64,000 bases of DNA, from assembly GCA_905178155.1 (NCBI GenBank), contig CAJINV010000020.1, positions 1,116,001 through 1,180,000 of the forward strand, in the 5' to 3' direction. The notes under the pieces are model-generated. The model was not told the DNA's origin. It saw nothing but the letters and a program-made list of their open reading frames with translations, and did not search any database. The stretch is from Amoebophrya sp. A120 (Eukaryota > Protista > Dinoflagellata). The position numbers were made by a program, and so were the translations under genes. Below are positions 35,691 to 46,717 of this stretch, one piece after another. Each line of letters starts with the position of its first letter. Positions within the stretch are counted from its first letter, which is position 1.

Positions 35691-37976
35691 CTACCAGTAT
35701 TTGTGAGCCCTCCGGTGTATTTCTCGACTGAGAGCAATACATGGACGGACCAGGGTCGTGTCAACTTCAATATCATAAGTAGTAGCCAAAACAGTCGGCG
35801 TGCGGGAAGTAATTCTCGCCGAGCCGGAGTGGTCGACGCCGGGTCTTGCAGCTAAATGCAGCAAAAATTTCTGCTGCCACTTTGTCAGATTGAAAGGCCC
35901 ATCCCGCCAAACCCGCAGGGCTCTCCCCTCGTTCGGAATCGTTGTAGAAAGCGACAAAAGCAACAAGCCAGTGTCGTCCACTTTGACATGCAGGCACAAG
36001 TATTCCGCAGAAGAGTACACACATACCACAAAAAAAATGAAATCTGTATGCTGCGCATGACAAACTCCTTCGGGGGTACCTCTCTGCTTGGCATGACGGT
36101 TCTGCTTCTGGTCTCCGCATGACATCAGAGATTTTAGGGATGCGTCGACTTCATGACTAGTAGCACACATTTACTCTCTTCCTAGTATGGGTGTACTTTC
36201 CTGCATGGTAACAGTTCAGAGCCGGGAAGGCGATCTCCGCTCTGCGTGAATCCCGAACCAAAGCAGTCGAAAAATGCTGAACACTATCTAAGAACAGAAC
36301 GCAATGCAAGTATTCCAGTAGGTCAGGATATTTATATAGATTCAAGCATGGCGCTCGTCATGCATACTAGAGTGCATGACTCAAGGCCTGTGGAGTACAT
36401 CAAGGCTGTCGAGAATTCATGTTCATGCGCATTGTATCTCTATCTTTATCGTTCCATTCAATTTGTTATACTCTTACACCTTGGGCTTCACATTTGCATA
36501 TGCCGCCTGTCTCTTCTGTTCCTGTCCTTTGTTCGTGCCTTGAGATCTTTACACCTTTTGTTGCTTTGCGATTCTGGATCAAGAAGTATTGAGCATTTTC
36601 TACTTGGAGCGCGAGCATATGTTGACAAACCAAATCATGAGCCACTTATCTTGGTCGTCTCGACTAGTATACGCCATGTATTTTACTCGCTCCAGCTGTA
36701 TAGCCTGGTCTGAGGCGGTCGACATGACCGCTTCCTCGAGGGCATTCCTTTCTTGCTCAGGAGGCTCGATCTGAAGTGGTCTGACATCACGGCACATCAC
36801 ACACCTGTTGTGGTCGCCAGAACGCGCAGCATACGCAACATACGCTGCATCGCATGCTGCGCAGACGTGCTGATCCACGAAGTGGCTCTTGACCAGACAC
36901 AATGGAGCTCCACCTGGCCGTGGCACGCAATCTTCTATATCCAACAGAACAAGACTGTAGGTTGTAAGTTTGTGATGCGCAAGAACATGCACTAAGATGA
37001 TTGCGTCAGCGTTTGTCATCGACTGGTCATGCATACAACTTGTAGGGTCAATCAATGCAAGTGCGTTTCCACGTGCAAGGATCTCCGAACGTCGACAGCT
37101 TTTATTTGCTGTCAACGACCTGGCAGATTTGTAAAAATGCTGGCCCAGCAAAAAACAACGAATCTGAGCCTTTTTTTCTTGGATATTGTTGACAAATGGC
37201 GCACTGGAATGTTTCTGGAATGTCGAAGAATGCAGTATCAAATGTAAAAGTGTGGGTCTGGAACAAGAATGCAACCTGTTATGCTAAATCTGAAGCATGC
37301 AAAAATCTGTGTTGCATGATTACCAAAAGGTGTCCAGGTTAAACCAAGTCGGGAGGGAGTTTGTTTCTCATGCAGGATAGGCATGGGAGAGATCGCACAG
37401 AAGCTGTCACGCTAGGTCCTGCATTCCAGCAGGCCTCATGGGTCATGGAAAAGCTGCACGACAAGTCGCGCACTCCTCCAGACCCAGACACTTTTGCATT
37501 TGATATTCCGTGCCAGAGCCACGACTCATCACGAGAAAAAAGTGTTACAGTTACACATTTGTTGGAGTTTCTGCATCACAAATTTTCTCTGTGTGGCATA
37601 ATGCGAAGATCATAAGAGAAAACAGGAAGGAAACGAAGCTCCCAAGCATTTCGTGCATGAGAGAGGCTGTTTGTGTTGTCGGTCTTGCAAAGACTATGCG
37701 TGTAACTGTCACACTTTTTCTTGCGATACGACTCGAGGACGAAAACAGGGACCGATACGATCTCGACGAAGTGGACCGTTGCGGCGACAGGGACCTACCA
37801 CGCCCCGCCGAGGTGGACCTATCACGCGGCCCCGCCGAAGAAGACGCTTGAACCCGCACCGCCGACACGAGGGTCACCGGGCTCGTCGTCAGTTTCAGCA
37901 ACGAGGAGAAATAAAGCACCGAGCTGCCGGCAACTACGCCAGCGGCTGCCAACTTCGTGAGCAAAGACGGGGCCAT
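35691..37976 (-). CDS. RING-finger protein with hydrophobic N-terminus (at least 4 introners; 3' part poorly resolved)
   Basis: Splicing out the 37527, 37236 and 36938 elements yields FQCAIC..DCVPRPGGAPLCLVKSH...VCAAC...RCVMCR, a RING-type Cys/His spacing. The gene may extend to ~34900. Confidence 0.6.
36001..36210. mobile_element. Diverged introner (TAT...GTA)
   Basis: AGTACAC.CATAC TIR core; internal GCATGAC motifs; DR ACAAG/ACAGT. Confidence 0.65.
36938..37185. mobile_element. Diverged introner within the RING domain
   Basis: TATCCAA TIR; DR TTCTA/TTGTT; excision joins CAIC to the rest of the RING. Confidence 0.75.
37236..37505. mobile_element. Introner family C (inverted relative of the 43559 copy)
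   Basis: TATCAAATG(T/C)AAAAGTGT TIR; DR TGCAG/TTCCG. Confidence 0.8.
37527..37728. mobile_element. Introner family B (CAT...ATA)
   Basis: Similar to the 7003 copy; DR CGACT. Confidence 0.9.
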
Positions 37977-38165
37977 TTTAGATTATTTATTTGGGGTAGA
38001 AATTCACTATACTGCACGACGAGCAGAACAGCCTCAGAGCCAATTTCTTCGCTTTTCGTTGTAGACAAGAAGAGAACGGAGGAAATAGTAGAAAAAATTA
38101 ACTTCCTGGAATACAGGTAGAAGTTCTGAGTGCGTCTAATTTCGATCAGATATACGGGCACTACT

Positions 38166-38242
38166 AGGTGTAGCCCAGATCAGAAATCCTAGGCTTTGAC
38201 TCTATTCTACCTAGGATTTCTGATCGAGGTGTAGCCTAGATC
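38166..38242. repeat. 16-bp perfect inverted repeat enclosed by 16-bp direct repeats
   Basis: GATCAGAAATCCTAGG (38178-38193) / CCTAGGATTTCTGATC (38210-38225); AGGTGTAGCC(C/T)AGATC at 38166 and 38227. Confidence 0.85.
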
Positions 38243-38299
38243 TGTTTTCGAGGTTGTTCTAATGTTGCAAATTGATTATCAATGTCCTCGCGAGAATTA

Positions 38300-38745
38300 C
38301 GGCGGGAAAGCGGGAAACACGGGGAAGGCGGGAAGCACGGGGAAGGCGGGAAACACGGGGAAAGCGGGAAGCACGGGGAAAGCGGGAAGCACGGGGAGCG
38401 CTGGAAGCAGGGGGAAAACGGCAAGCGCGGGGATGGAAAGCGGGAAGCACGGCGGAGGCGGGACGCACGGCGGAAGCGGGAAGCACGGGGAAAGCGGGGG
38501 GCACGGGGGAAGCGGGAAGCACGAAGAAAGCGGGAGGCACGGGGAAAGCGGGAAGCATAGGGAGGGCGGGCAGCATAGGGAAAGCGGGAAGCATAGGGAG
38601 GGCGGGGAGCACGGGAAAAACGGGAAGCACGAGAAAGGCAGGAGGCACGGGAAAGGCGGGAAGAACGGAGGAAACGGGAAACACGGGGAAAGCGGGAAGC
38701 ACGGGGAGCCGGGAGGCACGGGGATAGCGGGGTGGAAGCACGGGC
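38300..38745. repeat. G/A-rich minisatellite, ~18-bp unit GCGGGAAGCACGGGGAAA
   Basis: More than 20 degenerate tandem units, strongly purine-skewed on the + strand. Confidence 0.9.
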
Positions 38746-38800
38746 GGGGGGCGCAAAGAAGGCGGGGGGCACGGGGAACACCGCCGGCGGCCAAGCCCCA

Positions 38801-38924
38801 GGCGGGCAGCTGCCCACCACCCTCCCCCGGCGCCCTCCCTCTGTTCGCGAAGGGAAAGCCGCGCCCCGGCGCCAGGTTTGCAGGCGGGCAGCTGCCCACC
38901 ACCCTCCCCCGGCGCCCTCCCTCT
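38801..38924. repeat. ~41-bp direct repeat pair
   Basis: GGCGGGCAGCTGCCCACCACCCTCCCC(C)GGCGCCCTCCCTCT at ~38801 and ~38883. Confidence 0.85.
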
Positions 38925-40836
38925 CTCTGCTCACGAGGAGACCGGCAGAGGGCGCCACCGTCCGCCGCCTCTGTCTTGGACGGTGCGCGCGAGGGAAGCA
39001 GGCGGGGGCGGAGCAGATTACTGCATGCGAGCTAACGCGGAGGGCGCCGCTGTTGCCCGGGGGTGCTGGGGGAGGGTGGTGGGCCCCTGCGCCTGGGGGG
39101 CAGCCAATGAATGCCCCGCCCCGGCGCCCGTGCTGCCTCCATCCAAGCGCGCGACAGGGGCCCCCGCTCTGCAAGGCTGCGCGCGGGGGAAGGGCGCGGG
39201 GGGCACAAAGGCGCGCAGGGGCAACCGGGGCACAAAGGCAAGCAGCACGAGCGGGCCACGCCACAAACGCGCGGGCATGGCGTCACGCGCCATCGCCTCG
39301 CATGGCGCGGGCTGTTCCCCTGCTTCCTTCCCCCGTCTACTGGCGCCCGCCCGCTGCCGCGCTTTGCGTTGTTGCTTGGGCCTAAGGCTTGCCGGCGCCA
39401 CACAAATGCGCGCCCCATGCGGGTGGGGTCCTCGCGCTCGCGCAGAGACTGGAACCACGGGCGCCATGGCGCTCCGCCTTCGTTCTTTCAGCAAGAAGCG
39501 GCGCAGATGCCTGGCCCCACCCTGCATCAAAAATTTTTTCCCTTGCCCACACTCTGGCGCTTTTCTTTCCCCCCTGTCCACTCGTTCACCCTCCCACTAC
39601 GCGACATAAGCTGCGGCCTTGTAATATCTACAGTTTACAATTACAGCATTCGCGCACTGAGCGACACTTCCACTCAAAATGAGGAGTCTTCCAATTGAGG
39701 CCCTTCAGCAAGCTTCAAGAGCGTCCTGATAATTTCAGATCACTTCACTCTTCGGAGTTCAGTGCGCGAGAACCCCCCTGCGGTGGCGGGGCCTCGGCCT
39801 CGGCTTGTTTATGGTTGACACAATAAAGACTCAGAGCAGCCAAGATTCATAGCATGGAAAATAACCGATTGCGCGGCCACGTTTTCATTTTCTCATTCGT
39901 TTTTTCTGTTGCTCAGATCACGCTACTTAATTCACTTGAACGATTTGGCGACAAGGCATTGACTAGGCTGATCACAATTGCGAAGGCAAGGGGTAGATCT
40001 GGACAACTCCCTGTCGCTTCAGAAAGTCTACTCTGCTGGCCCCCGGTGGCTGCCAGCGCTCGTTTTTGAGGACCGTCGCCAATTTGGTTTTTCCAGCGAA
40101 TCTTCGATTCATACATAACCGCGATTGCGATTGCCAACTTCAAGACGGCCGTTGAGATAGGGCGTGAGTTTATGTTTTGTTTTCAATTTCAAATGCTTCA
40201 ATAAAATCAAAATCAAAATGCTCTTGCTCCTTTTGTTGAAGTGCTGGCACACAGTCTCGTCATACGACTGAGTTCGCGGATGTTCATCCTGCATGCTCAT
40301 ATTCCAATTGATCCTCTCCACACGTAAAGGAACAAAAAATCATCGGAAGAAGCTTCAGCATTTTTGAACAAAAAGTCAACGACAACAACTTCCATGTAGC
40401 TTCCTGAAGATCGTATCGCTGTGGTGAATCGAATCGAACAATACGATTCTCGTATGGAGGCTCGACCTCGACTAAACGCATTGCAGGATTAGACGTCAAT
40501 AGTAGAAAAGTAGAGGCGGTACAGAAACATGTGATGGTTATCGTTTGAAATTGAATATGAATCAGAACCAGAATCAAAAGAGATAGAAAGAGGCTGGCTA
40601 CTTGCAAAATAGTCTATTTATTCTTCTACAGAGTCACTACGTACGGCACTTCTAAGTGCTTCGCGTTTCACGAAAGAGAAAGTTGCGGCTTTCCCTTCTT
40701 TCTCTTTGCTGCAACAAAAAAAAACTGCGGGACGCCATGACGTCAATAGAGTGAGAGCCACTTCCAAAACTTGCATTGAAGCTCACCTCAAAAGATAAAC
40801 AAACGACCACTCCACCCCCCCCCCCGACGTGCAACG

Positions 40837-43800
40837 CTACATCAAACTTGCGATCGAGGAGGTTCTGACTAGTGGCACGGGTCCCGCGGTTATGAAAGTG
40901 CACAACTCCCCCTCCCCCTCGTTTGTCATGCAAAATGCCAAATCCAGCTGCTGCCTTAACATTGTAGCACTGTTTGCATGACAAATTCTGGAAGTCCAAA
41001 CAGTACTACGCGAGGCGTAACAATTTGCCATTGCCATGCATAGGCTCTATATGTGCTGGTGTCTATATTGCTGCTCATGCCATACAAATGAGGGGGAGGG
41101 GGAGTGGTGCACTGTCATAGCGGTTGCCGGCTTCTCGGCGACCACGTACTCGGCCGTATGTCCATGGCAGCTGTATCCTGAGCAAAAACGTCCCCACCCC
41201 AGAGTCAAGATGAGGATCTCGCAACACAAGTCGAGAAGTTTTGGGAGCCAAGCATGGCAAGTTCGTCTCTGCATTGTAGTGCAGTTTAGCAAGTACAGCC
41301 GCAATACAAATCCATCTACTCGTCCAATTTACAGCATTACAAAGTCCAAAAAAAGATTGGAAAAGCCTCTCATGCGGATGCGCATTACAAATCTTCCTGT
41401 GGCTGCAAATCTGCATGACAACTATGGGGTGGGGACGTTTTTACTCAGGATAAGCTGAGCCGGAAGATCACGTAAAACGCCGGCCCCACGGCGAAGAAAA
41501 AGGCCCCCAGGAGGCCCCAGTTCGAGTAGTCGTCGGAAATCTGGCGGAACAGGCAGTAGGACGACTTCTTGTCCATGGTCCGCGTTTTCAGCACAAGCGC
41601 ATGCTGCATGTGGTGGTCCTTCGCCGAAATAAAGGAGTGCTGCGAGTGCTCCGACGCGGATTTCTCGATGATAGCAGCTGCACCTACACCAGGGCTTGTT
41701 TTCTCTACCACGTCACTTGTCGTTCCTGCGGTGGAAGTAGTTCCTCCTTCCCCATCTTCTTCTACATACGCGAACTCGTCCCCGATCAAATTCCCATGAT
41801 CGTTCCGCACTAGTTTCACGTACTCTTTCTTTTCGTAATTTACCGTGGGGCAGCAAAAGCAGGCCCGTTTCTTCTCTGCGTCCTTCGCTTCCTGGAGGTA
41901 GTACACCGGGATAAATTTCCCCTCCAGCGTCGCCTTCAGCGCGCGTCGCACGGACGCGGCCGGGAGAATGCCCAGCCCGAGCCACACCGAGCCGAGCGAG
42001 AGAAAGAAAGCGAAAATGGTCCAAATGTAGTCGGCACTCGGGTATCCCACGAAAAAACTGTTTCACTGTGATGGTTTTATTCCAAGATCTGGATCACAAG
42101 TTTGCTACACATGACAGGGAAAATTTGCCCTGCGCGCTTCCCAAGGGAAAACACGCTGAAAAATCCAATGCCTTGCAGGTGTAGCAAGACAAATAGTTCT
42201 GTGTTCCATTCTCTGCATGGCAAGTTTACAGTGAAACAGTTTTTTCTTGCGATATCGGGTCTCGGTAGAATAATAGAGAGGAACTCCCGTAGGCCGGGGG
42301 AGGTGCAACTCCTGCGTTCGCTGTTGGTGCTTCACCGCGGACATAGATCGTTACAGGAGAGAAAATGTAGAGCAAGATCATGCTATCCCACGTCCAGTGG
42401 TTGCTCGCCAGCAGGTCGAAGAAACACCAAAGCACGTTGGCGATCACCAAAATCATATGGGAGTGTCAGGATCGAAATCGACAAAGATGAAATAGTTTGT
42501 CATGCTTAAAATAAAATGCAACACCAAAATTGTGCCTATTGCAGAGGACGCAAGGGAGGCAGATTGTAGCGCTGGCAAGGGTCGCGAATTGGGCTGCTGG
42601 TTAGCATCACAGAGGGGAGCCCCTTTGCCCAAAACAGCATGACCAACTGGCTTCCGGTACGGACAAAATTTGTCATACACTGACTAGAAACTGTGGGTCC
42701 GATTGGTATCGATTTTATGCATTACAAGTTATTTCAACTTTGACGATTTCGATTCTGACACTCCCATAAATCATCAAAACCGCGTACAAGGGTGTGAAGA
42801 TCAACATGGTGATCATGTGCCACTCGATCCGGAACAGTTCCCAGTGCGCGGCGCAGGACAGCGCGCCCGCCTTCGCGAGTTTAATGTGCTGCAGAAAGCA
42901 GTAGGAGAGCTCGCTGACGAAGTAGTAGTGCCGCACGCACTGGTGGTACCGCGCCCACACGTGGGCCGAAGTCTCGTCTTCTGCGGCTTCTACCGTGTAC
43001 CCGATCGTGGGGAGCGGGATCCGCACCAGCTTCACCCGCGAAGTGGTTTCTTGTCGACTTGTTCTGGTATGGATGTGTCAGGATCGAAATCGACAAAATC
43101 GAAAAATTTGTGATGCGTAAAACGTAGGGCACTGAAGGCCTGTATTGGGGAGCAGGCAAATGAGGCCGATTGTAAGCCTGTTTAGGGGGATGCAATGTGC
43201 TGCCAGAGTAGCATTACAGGAGACTGGCTTTGGGTACTATTCCCAAAATTTGCCATGCGCCACTTAGAAACTGAGGCTCCAACTGACATCGATTTTGTGC
43301 ATCGCAAATTTTCCGACTTTGTCAATTTCGATTCTGAAACTTCCATATCTGGGAGCATTGTCGTAGTCGTACTTCACCTCGCCATCCGAGTTCGCCAGTA
43401 ACGGCTTTCGCTCTGGCTCGTAATTGATGACGTCTCCATCTTCGCGCCGTTGTTCTTGCGCACCACTAGTACCAGCAGAACTACTTGAGCTGCGTAAGTT
43501 CACTTTCTCTTTCCGCTCCCGTTCCCGGACGTCCGTCCAGTGGGATTCGCAGAAACGCCATCAAATGCAAATACGTCTGGGTCTGGAAGATTGCAAGACT
43601 TGTGATGCAGATTTTTCATGACCCATGAGGTCTCGCATGCAGGACATAGCACGAGAGATTCGGTGAGACCTTTCTCATGCCTATCCTGCACGAGAAACTT
43701 CCTCTCACATTGATCAAAAGTGGACAACTTATGATAATCATGCAACACAGATTGTTTCACAATCCGGACTTCGCATTACAAGTTGCATTCTTCCACACCC

Positions 43801-45562
43801 ACAGCCAGACACATTTGCAATGCATAAACACTTCAGAAACATGTGGTGGTCTTCGGCAATAACATCCGCGTCCCACCCATTAACCCTTTGCAGCAACGCG
43901 AGCGGCATCGTGTAACTGCTGTGGTTATCCTGTGCAAAAGTATCGTACTCGTACAAATCCAAATGCAAGTCTTGCATTACAAATCTTGTTTCCAAGGCAA
44001 ATCTGCATTACAAATTTTATTTCTCATGCTGAGGAAATTTGTAATGCATTTATACGAGTACGATACTTTTGCACAGGATAGTGGTTCATGTGCAGGCCCC
44101 CGAGGTGGTTCCACAACCCGCACTCCACCACGTAGTGCGAGTAGCTGCTGGTACGCACGAACCCGGGGAGCTTTTGCACGTTGCGAAAGGGAAAAACGGC
44201 GGACTGGTAGATCCGCCACGTGCGGCACTGCGGTTGTAAACGTAAGGCTGTCGCGGTGAGTAAGGGAAAGTAGCCGTGATGGAGGATGCTATCGGCGTCG
44301 AGGATCGTGACAAACGTACGGGATATGTCGTAAATTTTCACGTCTGGATTTTTGGCCGTGAACTGCTTCCGATTTTGCATCTGCTCCGCTGCTTCCCTCA
44401 CGGCATCCTCACCATGCTCGTAGGCCTGCTCATTCCGGTCCAGCACAAATTCCTCCAAAAACCTGATTCCCTTGTGGCTGATTTTCTGGAAACTCGGACT
44501 GGCGAAGGTTGTTGCAGTAGTGGAACCTCCAGGTGGGAAGAAACCTCCTCCAGCACCCGCCCTCGAGGAAAGATTATTCTTTTCCGAGTAGCTGAAAGGG
44601 TTCATGGAAGTGGCGTATTGCGCTTTTTGCTTGTCCAACATCTCCAGAACCTTCAAATAGGCCGATTGTTGGTTGCTCGATTTCCCCGCGATCTCCCTCG
44701 GTAGCTCCCCCGGCTTGTGAAAGTTTATCAATACGTCCAAGTACTGATTTGCGTGCTTCCTCGCCAAGCGGTACGCCTTCGCCTCGTCCTGCTTCCCCGC
44801 GCGGGCTTCCATAGCGAGTACCAGAACCACGGACTTTGCGGCGTACTCTTTGCTCATCGCCGCCGCGTCGATGGTTTCCGACAGCATCTGCTCGTCTTCT
44901 TTGTAATTGGGGATGATCAAAAAGTGCAAGACCCCGTCCGGCGGCGTCTTGTAGATCGTGTTGGCACTGAAAATGTCCTCCTCACGGCTCGAGAGCGCGA
45001 CGGACAGCCGTTCTTTCTTCACCGTGAGGAGCTTATTGTTGTTGGACGCCGTCCTCGTGGTCGTCGGTTTATTGTTTACTGCGGAAGTGCCCCTATCTGC
45101 TTGCGCCAGCGTTTCTTCACTTCTCGATTTATTATTTTCCAGTTCTTTTCGTTGGTTTTCCAGCAGTTCAAACTTTTCGCACGTGCAGATCAGCTTGTCC
45201 GTCGTGCCAAAGGAGTAGATCGCGGCGAGCGCCAACCAGATTAACATGTAGAGGACGAACCCAAAAGCTGGAATGTACCACCCCAGCGAGTGCATGACTT
45301 TCGTTCGCGCGAGGAAAAAGGACAGGATAAACCAGATGAGTAAAAGCAAAAAAATCGCCAGCGGCAGGTGGTGGACGCAGCGCGTGTGTCCGTCTTTTTT
45401 CCAGTTGGACAGAGAGACGCTGGCAGAAGTGTTTTTTTGAAAATGCCCTCCTCGTTGTTTCTCTTCATCCAGCTCTTTTTGTAAACTCGACCGGTAATCC
45501 AGACCACTACTGACACTGTCCCTACTCCCGCTGGATTTTAGCATAGTCGATGTCGGCAACAT
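40837..45562 (-). CDS. GT2-family membrane glycosyltransferase (7 introners)
   Basis: IIPNYKED, IAGKSSN, TILDADS, VIAEDHHMF and QCVRH (QxxRW-like), with C-terminal TM helices. Excising the elements restores the frame to TAG at 40837. Confidence 0.85.
40891..41119. mobile_element. Introner family D
   Basis: TIR; DR GCGGT. Confidence 0.9.
41174..41452. mobile_element. Introner family A (inverted relative to the 17541 copy)
   Basis: TATCCTGAG(C/T)AAAAACGTCCCCACCCCA TIR; DR AGCTG. Confidence 0.92.
42043..42254. mobile_element. Introner family G
   Basis: TIR; DR TCGGG. Confidence 0.9.
42456..42768. mobile_element. Introner family I
   Basis: TATGGGAGTGTCAG(G/A)ATCGAAATCG TIR; DR AATCA. Confidence 0.92.
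43068..43347. mobile_element. Introner family I
   Basis: TIR; DR TCTGG. Confidence 0.9.
43559..43826. mobile_element. Introner family C (CAT...ATA)
   Basis: TIR; DR AACGC/AACAC. Confidence 0.85.
43926..44080. mobile_element. Introner family E
   Basis: Perfect 28-bp TIR TATCCTGTGCAAAAGTATCGTACTCGTA; DR GTGGT. Confidence 0.95.
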
Positions 45563-46717
45563 GGCTGCGGTGTTCAAGATCGGTCGCCGTCGTCCCAGGT
45601 TTCTTTGTCTATTAAGCCAAAATAAAGGGTTTACAACCCGACCGGATGCTGAAGCTGAGTTGCGAGGAGAATCACAGACCCAGAGTTCGAAGTCACAGGA
45701 GGTGGAGCAACTACAGTTAAAATTGATTCATGTTCTTGCGTTCTGTAAAAAAACAAAACAAAAAAAATGATTTTACTAGGCTGCCGCGTTTGGACGTCGT
45801 AACTTCTGATGGTAAAAATAGTCGTGTACTATGCTACAGATAAAAGATAACTTCCGTTGTGGCCGCGGACACAAAAATAAAAGTGGCGATTGCCACTCGA
45901 TAACAAATTCCGTTCGTGTCAACTAGAAAACTCAAATGTGAAGGGAGTCCGATGCCAAGGATGCTGAGTTGATAGTATGTAATTGCACTTGCAGGCTTGA
46001 CCAAATTCAAACTATTCACAAGTACCGGTGAAAAACTGAGAGCCAGGACTTTCTTAACAGCAGCGCTGATTTGTTCATGATCATTTTGCATCTTCTTGAC
46101 CGACACGAGCGAGCCATCGAGCCGAGGGACTAGTAGCTGCGCCACCGCTTTCTTCACTATTCCTTCTCAAAACTAAAACTATGCCAAACCGATTGCACTT
46201 CCTCAGCGTAGAGCTGCTAGAGCGCCACAACAGAATGCGTGAAACCGAAAATCAATAGCTGCTTTAGATGAAGAGTCATCTTATCTTCTTTTGCTTTGCT
46301 GAAAAGGGCAGCTGAGGCTATCACGATCGCCATTGGAATTGAGAACGTCACAGACAGTGAATCAAACCGAAGGCAAAAAAGGAAGCTTTGTGGCTTGCTG
46401 CACAGAATGCGCGGGAAATTTGTTTCTTCACATCAAAAAGCAACTCCTCCTATGCCTCTATCCATGATGTGTTGCCCGAGCAGACCGATTCTCAGTTCAT
46501 GCAGCGAGGAGAGAACAGGTGAGTGTGAGTTCGAGCTCCATTTGGAAGCTCAGGCAGGGTTCTTCTGCAATCACTGGATGTGAAAGCAGGATCTACATCG
46601 CAGCTTCATTTGGATCAGCTGATGCGATGCTGATGTGATGCTTCTCGTTGCGGATCTGCTCAAAAGCTGAATTTGATGGCGTGTTTTATCCGTATCTTCG
46701 CGTTCAGAAGATAATCA

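Noticed and set aside
38236-39698. Long overlapping ORFs (342, 257, 243 aa etc.) on both strands
   Set aside because: They arise from a stop-poor GC-rich minisatellite; several frames are open at once and show no domain motifs.
39850-40610. ORF 40284-40607 as a gene
   Set aside because: Short, without motif, and I could not build a consistent splice model.
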